A stretch of DNA of 64,000 bases from Auanema rhodensis (lineage: Eukaryota; Animalia; Nematoda), in contig OZ059897.1 in NCBI GenBank assembly GCA_964057225.1, positions 19,964,001 to 20,028,000 of the forward strand. The letters run 5' to 3'. Position 1 is the first letter of the stretch. The number at the start of each line of letters is the position of its first letter. Below are positions 24,401 through 38,800 of this stretch, in pieces. The notes under the pieces are model-generated. The model did not search any database, was not told the origin of the DNA, and was given only the letters and a program-made list of their open reading frames with translations. The translations under genes were made by a program, and so were the position numbers.

Positions 24401-27400
24401 AGTTGATATCTCGGTGCATTTTTAAGTTAGCGCAAATCTGATAACACAGATCGACGCAGCTTAAAAATCCGCATCGAATGCACTATACTACATTGAGAAA
24501 CGCTTAATACAAAAATTAGTTATGATCGTTTGAAAAATGATGCATTAGTGTATGTTGAGTTTCCATGTACACTCAACATTGCTTCCAAAAACATTTTGAC
24601 AAAAATTTTTTCGAAAAATTTCAAAATAATTTAGCAAAAAGTAGATGTTTTTAGATTCCTTTTTTCAAGGCAAAGACGATGGACAATGTTATTTAACGAA
24701 AAAATTAATTCTTCAGGGTGAAAATCGAGGATATAAGTGTGAACTTATATCAGTTGATATCTCGGTACATTTTTAAGCTAGCGCAAATCTGATAACACAG
24801 ATCGACGCAGCTTAAAAATCCGCATCGAATGCACTGTACTACATGGAAGAACGCTTAATACAAAAATTAGTTATGATCGTTTGAAAAATGATGCATTAGT
24901 GTATGTTGAGTTTCCATGTACACTCAACATTGCTTCCAAAAACATTTTGAGAAAAATTTTTTCGAAAAATTTCAAAATAATTTAGCAAAAAGTAGATGTT
25001 TTTAGATTCCTTTTTTCAAGGCAAAGACGATGGACAATGTTATTCAACGAAAATATTAATTCTTCAGGGTGAAAATCGAGGATATAAGTGTGAACTTATA
25101 TCAGTTGATATCTCGGTACATTTTTAAGCTAGCGCAAATCTGATAACACAGATCGACGCAGCTTAAAAATCCGCATCGAATGCACTATACTACATGGAAG
25201 AACGCTTAATACAAAAATTAGTTATGATCGTTTGAAAAATGATGCATTAGTGTATGTTGAGTTTCCATGTACACTCAACATTGCTTCCAAAAACATTTTG
25301 ACAAAAATTTTTTCGAAAAATTTCAAAATAATTTAGCAAAAAGTAGATGTTTTTAGATTTCTTTTTTCAAGGCAAAGACGATGGACAATGTTATTCAACG
25401 AAAAAATCAATTCTTCAGGGTGAAAATCGAGGATATAAGTGTAAACTTATATCAGTTGATATCTCGGTGCATTTTTAAGCTAGCGCAAATCTGATAACAC
25501 AGATCGACGCAGCTTAAAAATCCGCATCGAATGCACTATACTACATTGAGAAACGCTTAATACAAAAATTAGTTATGATCGTTTGAAAAATGATGCATTA
25601 GTGTATGTTGAGTTTCCATGTACACTCAACATTGCTTCCAAAAACATTTTGACAAAAATTTTTTCGAAAAATTTCAAAATAATTTAGCAAAAAGTAGATG
25701 TTTTTAGATTCCTTTTTCCAAGGCAAAGACGATGGACAATGTTATTTAACGAAAAAATTAATTCTTCAGAGTGAAAATCGAGGATATAAGTGTAAACTTA
25801 TATCAGTTGATATCTCGGTGCATTTTTAAGCTAGCGCAAATCTGATAACACAGATCGACGCAGCTTAAAAATCCGCATCGAATGCACTATACTACATTGA
25901 GAAACGCTTAATACAAAAATTAGTTATGATCGTTTGAAAAATGATGCATTAGTGTATGTTGAGTTTCCATGTACACTCAACATTGCTTCCAAAAACATTT
26001 TGACAAAAATTTTTTCGAAAAATTTCAAAATAATTTAGCAAAAAGTAGATGTTTTTAGATTCCTTTTTTCAAGGCAAAGACGATGGACAATGTTATTCAA
26101 CGAAAAAATTATTTCTTCAGGGTGAAAATCGAGGATATAAGTGTAAACTTATATCAGTTGATATCTCGGTGCATTTTTAAGCTAGCGCAAATCTGATAAC
26201 ACAGATCGACGCAGCTTAAAAATCCGCATCGAATGCACTATACTACATTGAGAAACGCTTAATACAAAAATTAGTTATGATCGTTTGAAAAATGATGCAT
26301 TAGTGTATGTTGAGTTTCCATGTACACTCAACATTGCTTCCAAAAACATTTTGACAAAAATTTTTTCGAAAAATTTCAAAATAATTTAGCAAAAAGTAGA
26401 TGTTTTTAGATTCCTTTTTTCAAGGCAAAGACGATGGACAATGTTATTTAACGAAAAAATTAATTCTTCAGGGTGAAAATCGAGGATATAAGTGTAAACT
26501 TATATCAGTTGATATCTCGGTGCATTTTTAAGCTAGCGCAAATCTGATAACACAGCTCGACGCAGCTTAAAAATCCGCATCGAATGCACTATACTACATT
26601 GAGAAACGTTTAATACAAAAATTAGTTATGATCGTTTGAAAAATGATGCATTAGTGTATGTTGAGTTTCCATGTACACTCAACATTGCTTCCAAAAACAT
26701 TTTGACAAAAATTTTTTCGAAAAATTTCAAAATAATTTAGCAAAAAGTAGATGTTTTTAGATTCCTTTTTTCAAGGCAAAGACGATGGACAATGTTATTC
26801 AACGAAAAAATTAATTCTTCAGGGTGAAAATCGAGGATATAAGTGTGAACTTATAACAGTTGATATCTCGGTACATTTTTAAGCTAGCGCCAATCTGATA
26901 ACACAGATCGACGCAGCTTAAAAATCCGCATCGAATGCACTATACTACATTGAGAAACGCTTAATACAAAAATTAGTTATGATCGTTTGAAAAATGATGC
27001 ATTAGTGTATGTTGAGTTTCCATGTACACTCAACATTGCTTCCAAAAACATTTTGACAAAAATTTTTTCGAAAAATTTCAAAATAATTTAGCAAAAAGTA
27101 GATGTTTTTAGATTCCTTTTTTCAAGGCAAAGACGATGGACAATGTTATTCAACGAAAAAATTATTTCTTCAGGGTGAAAATCGAGGATATAAGTGTAAA
27201 CTTATATCAGTTGATATCTCGGTGCATTTTTAAGCTAGCGCAAATCTGATAACACAGATCGACGCAGCTTAAAAATCCGCATCGAATGCACTATACTACA
27301 TTGAGAAACGCTTAATACAAAAATTAGTTATGATCGTTTGAAAAATGATGCATTAGTGTATGTTGAGTTTCCATGTACACTCAACATTGCTTCCAAAAAC

Positions 27401-30400
27401 ATTTTGACAAAAATTTTTTCGAAAAATTTCAAAATAATTTAGCAAAAAGTAGATGTTTTTAGATTCCTTTTTTCAAGGCAAAGACGATGGACAATGTTAT
27501 TTAACGAAAAAATTAATTCTTCAGGGTGAAAATCGAGGATATAAGTGTAAACTTATATCAGTTGATATCTCGGTGCATTTTTAAGCTAGCGCAAATCTGA
27601 TAACACAGCTCGACGCAGCTTAAAAATCCGCATCGAATGCACTATACTACATTGAGAAACGCTTAATACAAAAATTAGTTATGATCGTTTGAAAAATGAT
27701 GCATTAGTGTATGTTGAGTTTCCATGTACACTCAACATTGCTTCCAAAAACATTTTGACAAAAATTTTTTCGAAAAATTTCAAAATAATTTAGCAAAAAG
27801 TAGATGTTTTTAGATTCCTTTTTTCAAGGCAAAGACGATGGACAATGTTATTCAACGAAAAAATTAATTCTTCAGGGTGAAAATCGAGGATATAAGTGTG
27901 AACTTATAACAGTTGATATCTCGGTACATTTTTAAGCTAGCGCCAATCTGATAACACAGATCGACGCAGCTTAAAAATCCGCATCGAATGCACTATACTA
28001 CATTGAGAAACGCTTAATACAAAAATTAGTTATGATCGTTTGAAAAATGATGCATTAGTGTATGTTGAGTTTCCATGTACACTCAACATTGCTTCCAAAA
28101 ACATTTTGACAAAAATTTTTTCGAAAAATTTCAAAATAATTTAGCAAAAAGTAGATGTTTTTAGATTCCTTTTTTCAAGGCAAAGACGATGGACAATGTT
28201 ATTTAACGAAAAAATTAATTCTTCAGGGTGAAAATCGAGGATATAAGTGTAAACTTATATCAGTTGATATCTCGGTGCATTTTTAAGCTAGCGCAAATCT
28301 GATAACACAGATCGACGCAGCTTAAAAATCCGCATCGAATGCACTGTACTACATGGAAGAACGCTTAATACAAAAATTAGTTATGATCGTTTGAAAAATG
28401 ATGCATTAGTGTATGTTGAGTTTCCATGTACACTCAACATTGCTTCCAAAAACATTTTGAGAAAAATTTTTTCGAAAAATTTCAAAATAATTTAGCAAAA
28501 AGTAGATGTTTTTAGATTCCTTTTTTCAAGGCAAAGACGATGGACAATGTTATTCAACGAAAAAATTAATTCTTCAGGGTGAAAATCGAGGATATAAGTG
28601 TGAACTTATATCAGTTGATATCTCGGTACATTTTTAAGCTAGCGCAAATCTGATAACACAGATCGACGCAGCTTAAAAATCCGCATCGAATGCACTATAC
28701 TACATGGAAGAACGCTTAATACAAAAATTAGTTATGATCGTTTGAAAAATGATGCATTAGTGTATGTTGAGTTTCCATGTACACTCAACATTGCTTCCAA
28801 AAACATTTTGACAAAAATTTTTTCGAAAAATTTCAAAATAATTTAGCAAAAAGTAGATGTTTTTAGATTTCTTTTTTCAAGGCAAAGACGATGGACAATG
28901 TTATTCAACGAAAAAATTAATTCTTCAGGGTGAAAATCGAGGATATAAGTGTAAACTTATATCAGTTGATATCTCGGTGCATTTTTAAGCTAGCGCAAAT
29001 CTGATAACACAGCTCGACGCAGCTTAAAAATCCGCATCGAATGCACTATACTACATTGAGAAACGCTTAATACAAAAATTAGTTATGATCGTTTGAAAAA
29101 TGATGCATTAGTGTATGTTGAGTTTCCATGTACACTCAACATTGCTTCCAAAAACATTTTGACAAAAATTTTTTCGAAAAATTTCAAAATAATTTAGCAA
29201 AAAGTAGATGTTTTTAGATTCCTTTTTTCAAGGCAAAGACGATGGACAATGTTATTCAACGAAAAAATTAATTCTTCAGGGTGAAAATCGAGGATATAAG
29301 TGTGAACTTATAACAGTTGATATCTCGGTACATTTTTAAGCTAGCGCAAATCTGATAACACAGATCGACGCAGCTTAAAAATCCGCATCGAATGCACTAT
29401 ACTACATTGAGAAACGCTTAATACAAAAATTAGTTATGATCGTTTGAAAAATGATGCATTAGTGTATGTTGAGTTTCCATGTACACTCAACATTGCTTCC
29501 AAAAACATTTTGACAAAAATTTTTTCGAAAAATTTCAAAATAATTTAGCAAAAAGTAGATGTTTTTAGATTCCTTTTTCCAAGGCAAAGACGATGGACAA
29601 TGTTATTTAACGAAAAAATTAATTCTTCAGAGTGAAAATCGAGGATATAAGTGTAAACTTATATCAGTTGATATCTCGGTGCATTTTTAAGCTAGCGCAA
29701 ATCTGATAACACAGATCGACGCAGCTTAAAAATCCGCATCGAATGCACTATACTACATTGAGAAACGCTTAATACAAAAATTAGTTATGATCGTTTGAAA
29801 AATGATGCATTAGTGTATGTTGAGTTTCCATGTACACTCAACATTGCTTCCAAAAACATTTTGACAAAAATTTTTTCGAAAAATTTCAAAATAATTTAGC
29901 AAAAAGTAGATGTTTTTAGATTCCTTTTTTCAAGGCAAAGACGATGGACAATGTTATTCAACGAAAAAATTATTTCTTCAGGGTGAAAATCGAGGATATA
30001 AGTGTAAACTTATATCAGTTGATATCTCGGTGCATTTTTAAGCTAGCGCAAATCTGATAACACAGATCGACGCAGCTTAAAAATCCGCATCGAATGCACT
30101 ATACTACATTGAGAAACGCTTAATACAAAAATTAGTTATGATCGTTTGAAAAATGATGCATTAGTGTATGTTGAGTTTCCATGTACACTCAACATTGCTT
30201 CCAAAAACATTTTGACAAAAATTTTTTCGAAAAATTTCAAAATAATTTAGCAAAAAGTAGATGTTTTTAGATTCCTTTTTCCAAGGCAAAGACGATGGAC
30301 AATGTTATTTAACGAAAAAATTAATTCTTCAGAGTGAAAATCGAGGATATAAGTGTAAACTTATATCAGTTGATATCTCGGTGCATTTTTAAGCTAGCGC

Positions 30401-33400
30401 AAATCTGTTAACACAGATCGACGCAGCTTAAAAATCCGCATCGAATGCACTATACTACATTGAGAAACGCTTAATACAAAAATTAGTTATGATCGTTTGA
30501 AAAATGATGCATTAGTGTATGTTGAGTTTCCATGTACACTCAACATTGCTTCCAAAAACATTTTGACAAAAATTTTTTCGAAAAATTTCAAAATAATTTA
30601 GCAAAAAGTAGATGTTTTTAGATTCCTTTTTTCAAGGCAAAGACGATGGACAATGTTATTCAACGAAAAAATTATTTCTTCAGGGTGAAAATCGAGGATA
30701 TAAGTGTAAACTTATATCAGTTGATATCTCGGTGCATTTTTAAGCTAGCGCAAATCTGTTAACACAGATCGACGCAGCTTAAAAATCCGCATCGAATGCA
30801 CTATACTACATTGAGAAACGCTTAATACAAAAATTAGTTATGATCGTTTGAAAAATGATGCATTAGTGTATGTTGAGTTTCCATGTACACTCAACATTGC
30901 TTCCAAAAACATTTTGACAAAAATTTTTTCGAAAAATTTCAAAATAATTTAGCAAAAAGTAGATGTTTTTAGATTCCTTTTTCCAAGGCAAAGACGATGG
31001 ACAATGTTATTTAACGAAAAAATTAATTCTTCAGAGTGAAAATCGAGGATATAAGTGTAAACTTATATCAGTTGATATCTCGGTGCATTTTTAAGCTAGC
31101 GCAAATCTGTTAACACAGATCGACGCAGCTTAAAAATCCGCATCGAATGCACTATACTACATTGAGAAACGCTTAATACAAAAATTAGTTATGATCGTTT
31201 GAAAAATGATGCATTAGTGTATGTTGAGTTTCCATGTACACTCAACATTGCTTCCAAAAACATTTTGACAAAAATTTTTTCGAAAAATTTCAAAATAATT
31301 TAGCAAAAAGTAGATGTTTTTAGATTCCTTTTTTCAAGGCAAAGACGATGGACAATGTTATTTAACGAAAAAATTAATTCTTCAGGGTGAAAATCGAGGA
31401 TATAAGTGTAAACTTATATCAGTTGATATCTCGGTGCATTTTTAAGCTAGCGCAAATCTGATAACACAGATCGACGCAGCTTAAAAATCCGCATCGAATG
31501 CACTATACTACATTGAGAAACGCTTAATACAAAAATTAGTTATGATCGTTTGAAAAATGATGCATTAGTGTATGTTGAGTTTCCATGTACACTCAACATT
31601 GCTTCCAAAAACATTTTGACAAAAATTTTTTCGAAAAATTTCAAAATAATTTAGCAAAAAGTAGATGTTTTTAGATTCCTTTTTCCAAGGCAAAGACGAT
31701 GGACAATGTTATTTAACGAAAAAATTAATTCTTCAGAGTGAAAATCGAGGATATAAGTGTAAACTTATATCAGTTGATATCTCGGTGCATTTTTAAGCTA
31801 GCGCAAATCTGTTAACACAGATCGACGCAGCTTAAAAATCCGCATCGAATGCACTATACTACATTGAGAAACGCTTAATACAAAAATTAGTTATGATCGT
31901 TTGAAAAATGATGCATTAGTGTATGTTGAGTTTCCATGTACACTCAACATTGCTTCCAAAAACATTTTGACAAAAATTTTTTCGAAAAATTTCAAAATAA
32001 TTTAGCAAAAAGTAGATGTTTTTAGATTCCTTTTTTCAAGGCAAAGACGATGGACAATGTTATTCAACGAAAAAATTATTTCTTCAGGGTGAAAATCGAG
32101 GATATAAGTGTAAACTTATATCAGTTGATATCTCGGTGCATTTTTAAGCTAGCGCAAATCTGTTAACACAGATCGACGCAGCTTAAAAATCCGCATCGAA
32201 TGCACTATACTACATTGAGAAACGCTTAATACAAAAATTAGTTATGATCGTTTGAAAAATGATGCATTAGTGTATGTTGAGTTTCCATGTACACTCAACA
32301 TTGCTTCCAAAAACATTTTGACAAAAATTTTTTCGAAAAATTTCAAAATAATTTAGCAAAAAGTAGATGTTTTTAGATTCCTTTTTCCAAGGCAAAGACG
32401 ATGGACAATGTTATTTAACGAAAAAATTAATTCTTCAGAGTGAAAATCGAGGATATAAGTGTAAACTTATATCAGTTGATATCTCGGTGCATTTTTAAGC
32501 TAGCGCAAATCTGTTAACACAGATCGACGCAGCTTAAAAATCCGCATCGAATGCACTATACTACATTGAGAAACGCTTAATACAAAAATTAGTTATGATC
32601 GTTTGAAAAATGATGCATTAGTGTATGTTGAGTTTCCATGTACACTCAACATTGCTTCCAAAAACATTTTGACAAAAATTTTTTCGAAAAATTTCAAAAT
32701 AATTTAGCAAAAAGTAGATGTTTTTAGATTCCTTTTTTCAAGGCAAAGACGATGGACAATGTTATTTAACGAAAAAATTAATTCTTCAGGGTGAAAATCG
32801 AGGATATAAGTGTAAACTTATATCAGTTGATATCTCGGTGCATTTTTAAGCTAGCGCAAATCTGATAACACAGATCGACGCAGCTTAAAAATCCGCATCG
32901 AATGCACTATACTACATTGAGAAACGCTTAATACAAAAATTAGTTATGATCGTTTGAAAAATGATGCATTAGTGTATGTTGAGTTTCCATGTACACTCAA
33001 CATTGCTTCCAAAAACATTTTGACAAAAATTTTTTCGAAAAATTTCAAAATAATTTAGCAAAAAGTAGATGTTTTTAGATTCCTTTTTTCAAGGCAAAGA
33101 CGATGGACAATGTTATTTAACGAAAAAATTAATTCTTCAGGGTGAAAATCGAGGATATAAGTGTGAACTTATATCAGTTGATATCTCGGTACATTTTTAA
33201 GCTAGCGCAAATCTGATAACACAGATCGACGCAGCTTAAAAATCCGCATCGAATGCACTGTACTACATGGAAGAACGCTTAATACAAAAATTAGTTATGA
33301 TCGTTTGAAAAATGATGCATTAGTGTATGTTGAGTTTCCATGTACACTCAACATTGCTTCCAAAAACATTTTGAGAAAAATTTTTTCGAAAAATTTCAAA

Positions 33401-35802
33401 ATAATTTAGCAAAAAGTAGATGTTTTTAGATTCCTTTTTTCAAGGCAAAGACGATGGACAATGTTATTCAACGAAAATATTAATTCTTCAGGGTGAAAAT
33501 CGAGGATATAAGTGTGAACTTATATCAGTTGATATCTCGGTACATTTTTAAGCTAGCGCAAATCTGATAACACAGATCGACGCAGCTTAAAAATCCGCAT
33601 CGAATGCACTATACTACATGGAAGAACGCTTAATACAAAAATTAGTTATGATCGTTTGAAAAATGATGCATTAGTGTATGTTGAGTTTCCATGTACACTC
33701 AACATTGCTTCCAAAAACATTTTGACAAAAATTTTTTCGAAAAATTTCAAAATAATTTAGCAAAAAGTAGATGTTTTTAGATTTCTTTTTTCAAGGCAAA
33801 GACGATGGACAATGTTATTCAACGAAAAAATCAATTCTTCAGGGTGAAAATCGAGGATATAAGTGTAAACTTATATCAGTTGATATCTCGGTGCATTTTT
33901 AAGCTAGCGCAAATCTGATAACACAGATCGACGCAGCTTAAAAATCCGCATCGAATGCACTATACTACATTGAGAAACGCTTAATACAAAAATTAGTTAT
34001 GATCGTTTGAAAAATGATGCATTAGTGTATGTTGAGTTTCCATGTACACTCAACATTGCTTCCAAAAACATTTTGACAAAAATTTTTTCGAAAAATTTCA
34101 AAATAATTTAGCAAAAAGTAGATGCTTTTAGATTCCTTTTTCCAAGGCAAAGACGATGGACAATGTTATTTAACGAAAAAATTAATTCTTCAGAGTGAAA
34201 ATCGAGGATATAAGTGTAAACTTATATCAGTTGATATCTCGGTGCATTTTTAAGCTAGCGCAAATCTGATAACACAGATCGACGCAGCTTAAAAATCCGC
34301 ATCGAATGCACTATACTACATTGAGAAACGCTTAATACAAAAATTAGTTATGATCGTTTGAAAAATGATGCATTAGTGTATGTTGAGTTTCCATGTACAC
34401 TCAACATTGCTTCCAAAAACATTTTGACAAAAATTTTTTCGAAAAATTTCAAAATAATTTAGCAAAAAGTAGATGTTTTTAGATTCCTTTTTTCAAGGCA
34501 AAGACGATGGACAATGTTATTTAACGAAAAAATTAATTCTTCAGGGTGAAAATCGAGGATATAAGTGTGAACTTATATCAGTTGATATCTCGGTACATTT
34601 TTAAGCTAGCGCAAATCTGATAACACAGATCGACGCAGCTTAAAAATCCGCATCGAATGCACTGTACTACATGGAAGAACGCTTAATACAAAAATTAGTT
34701 ATGATCGTTTGAAAAATGATGCATTAGTGTATGTTGAGTTTCCATGTACACTCAACATTGCTTCCAAAAACATTTTGAGAAAAATGTTTTCGAAAAATTT
34801 CAAAATAATTTAGCAAAAAGTAGATGTTTTTAGATTCCTTTTTTCAAGGCAAAGACGATGGACAATGTTATTCAACGAAAATATTAATTCTTCAGGGTGA
34901 AAATCGAGGATATAAGTGTGAACTTATATCAGTTGATATCTCGGTACATTTTTAAGCTAGCGCAAATCTGATAACACAGATCGACGCAGCTTAAAAATCC
35001 GCATCGAATGCACTATACTACATGGAAGAACGCTTAATACAAAAATTAGTTATGATCGTTTGAAAAATGATGCATTAGTGTATGTTGAGTTTCCATGTAC
35101 ACTCAACATTGCTTCCAAAAACATTTTGACAAAAATTTTTTCGAAAAATTTCAAAATAATTTAGCAAAAAGTAGATGTTTTTAGATTTCTTTTTTCAAGG
35201 CAAAGACGATGGACAATGTTATTCAACGAAAAAATCAATTCTTCAGGGTGAAAATCGAGGATATAAGTGTAAACTTATATCAGTTGATATCTCGGTGCAT
35301 TTTTAAGCTAGCGCAAATCTGATAACACAGATCGACGCAGCTTAAAAATCCGCATCGAATGCACTATACTACATTGAGAAACGCTTAATACAAAAATTAG
35401 TTATGATCGTTTGAAAAATGATGCATTAGTGTATGTTGAGTTTCCATGTACACTCAACATTGCTTCCAAAAACATTTTGACAAAAATTTTTTCGAAAAAT
35501 TTCAAAATAATTTAGCAAAAAGTAGATGCTTTTAGATTCCTTTTTCCAAGGCAAAGACGATGGACAATGTTATTTAACGAAAAAATTAATTCTTCAGAGT
35601 GAAAATCGAGGATATAAGTGTAAACTTATATCAGTTGATATCTCGGTGCATTTTTAAGCTAGCGCAAATCTGATAACACAGATCGACGCAGCTTAAAAAT
35701 CCGCATCGAATGCACTATACTACATTGAGAAACGCTTAATACAAAAATTAGTTATGATCGTTTGAAAAATGATGCATTAGTGTATGTTGAGTTTCCATGT
35801 AC
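21412..35802 (+). repeat. Higher-order duplication: 13-mer (21412-25974) repeated from 27730 with internal 2-mer and 4-mer expansions
   Basis: Shared order of the markers GCGCC, A266G, C30G, AGCTC, T95C+G147A, A138T, GTTAAC, AAATATT and AAATCAA. Confidence 0.8.
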
Positions 35803-38800
35803 ACTCAACATTGCTTCCAAAAACATTTTGACAAAAATTTTTTCGAAAAATTTCAAAATAATTTAGCAAAAAGTAGATGTTTTTAGATTCCTTTTTCCAA
35901 GGCAAAGACGATGGACAATGTTATTTAACGAAAAAATTAATTCTTCAGAGTGAAAATCGAGGATATAAGTGTAAACTTATATCAGTTGATATCTCGGTGC
36001 ATTTTTAAGCTAGCGCAAATCTGATAACACAGATCGACGCAGCTTAAAAATCCGCATCGAATGCACTATACTACATTGAGAAACGCTTAATACAAAAATT
36101 AGTTATGATCGTTTGAAAAATGATGCATTAGTGTATGTTGAGTTTCCATGTACACTCAACATTGCTTCCAAAAACATTTTGACAAAAATTTTTTCGAAAA
36201 ATTTCAAAATAATTTAGCAAAAAGTAGATGTTTTTAGATTCCTTTTTTCAAGGCAAAGACGATGGACAATGTTATTCAACGAAAAAATTAATTCTTCAGG
36301 GTGAAAATCGAGGATATAAGTGTGAACTTATAACAGTTGATATCTCGGTACATTTTTAAGCTAGCGCAAATCTGATAACACAGATCGACGCAGCTTAAAA
36401 ATCCGCATCGAATGCACTATACTACATTGAGAAACGCTTAATACAAAAATTAGTTATGATCGTTTGAAAAATGATGCATTAGTGTATGTTGAGTTTCCAT
36501 GTACACTCAACATTGCTTCCAAAAACATTTTGACAAAAATTTTTTCGAAAAATTTCAAAATAATTTAGCAAAAAGTAGATGTTTTTAGATTTCTTTTTTC
36601 AAGGCAAAGACGATGGACAATGTTATTCAACGAAAAAATTAATTCTTCAGGGTGAAAATCGAGGATATAAGTGTAAACTTATATCAGTTGATATCTCGGT
36701 GCATTTTTAAGCTAGCGCAAATCTGATAACACAGATCGACGCAGCTTAAAAATCCGCATCGAATGCACTATACTACATTGAGAAACGCTTAATACAAAAA
36801 TTAGTTATGATCGTTTGAAAAATGATGCATTAGTGTATGTTGAGTTTCCATGTACACTCAACATTGCTTCCAAAAACATTTTGACAAAAATTTTTTCGAA
36901 AAATTTCAAAATAATTTAGCAAAAAGTAGATGTTTTTAGATTCCTTTTTTCAAGGCAAAGACGATGGACAATGTTATTCAACGAAAAAATTATTTCTTCA
37001 GGGTGAAAATCGAGGATATAAGTGTAAACTTATATCAGTTGATATCTCGGTGCATTTTTAAGCTAGCGCAAATCTGATAACACAGATCGACGCAGCTTAA
37101 AAATCCGCATCGAATGCACTATACTACATTGAGAAACGCTTAATACAAAAATTAGTTATGATCGTTTGAAAAATGATGCATTAGTGTATGTTGAGTTTCC
37201 ATGTACACTCAACATTGCTTCCAAAAACATTTTGACAAAAATTTTTTCGAAAAATTTCAAAATAATTTAGCAAAAAGTAGATGTTTTTAGATTCCTTTTT
37301 TCAAGGCAAAGACGATGGACAATGTTATTCAACGAAAAAATTAATTCTTCAGGGTGAAAATCGAGGATATAAGTGTGAACTTATAACAGTTGATATCTCG
37401 GTACATTTTTAAGCTAGCGCAAATCTGATAACACAGATCGACGCAGCTTAAAAATCCGCATCGAATGCACTATACTACATTGAGAAACGCTTAATACAAA
37501 AATTAGTTATGATCGTTTGAAAAATGATGCATTAGTGTATGTTGAGTTTCCATGTACACTCAACATTGCTTCCAAAAACATTTTGACAAAAATTTTTTCG
37601 AAAAATTTCAAAATAATTTAGCAAAAAGTAGATGTTTTTAGATTCCTTTTTTCAAGGCAAAGACGATGGACAATGTTATTTAACGAAAAAATTAATTCTT
37701 CAGGGTGAAAATCGAGGATATAAGTGTAAACTTATATCAGTTGATATCTCGGTGCATTTTTAAGCTAGCGCAAATCTGATAACACAGCTCGACGCAGCTT
37801 AAAAATCCGCATCGAATGCACTATACTACATTGAGAAACGCTTAATACAAAAATTAGTTATGATCGTTTGAAAAATGATGCATTAGTGTATGTTGAGTTT
37901 CCATGTACACTCAACATTGCTTCCAAAAACATTTTGACAAAAATTTTTTCAAAAAATTTCAAAATAATTTAGCAAAAAGTAGATGTTTTTAGATTCCTTT
38001 TTTCAAGGCAAAGACGATGGACAATGTTATTCAACGAAAAAATTATTTCTTCAGGGTGAAAATCGAGGATATAAGTGTAAACTTATATCAGTTGATATCT
38101 CGGTGCATTTTTAAGCTAGCGCAAATCTGATAACACAGATCGACGCAGCTTAAAAATCCGCATCGAATGCACTATACTACATTGAGAAACGCTTAATACA
38201 AAAATTAGTTATGATCGTTTGAAAAATGATGCATTAGTGTATGTTGAGTTTCCATGTACACTCAACATTGCTTCCAAAAACATTTTGACAAAAATTTTTT
38301 CGAAAAATTTCAAAATAATTTAGCAAAAAGTAGATGTTTTTAGATTCCTTTTTTCAAGGCAAAGACGATGGACAATGTTATTTAACGAAAAAATTAATTC
38401 TTCAGGGTGAAAATCGAGGATATAAGTGTAAACTTATATCAGTTGATATCTCGGTGCATTTTTAAGCTAGCGCAAATCTGATAACACAGATCGACGCAGC
38501 TTAAAAATCCGCATCGAATGCACTATACTACATTGAGAAACGCTTAATACAAAAATTAGTTATGATCGTTTGAAAAATGATGCATTAGTGTATGTTGAGT
38601 TTCCATGTACACTCAACATTGCTTCCAAAAACATTTTGACAAAAATTTTTTCGAAAAATTTCAAAACAATTTAGCAAAAAGTAGATGTTTTTAGATTCCT
38701 TTTTTCAAGGCAAAGACGATGGACAATGTTATTTAACGAAAAAATTAATTCTTCAGGGTGAAAATCGAGGATATAAGTGTAAACTTATATCAGTTGATAT

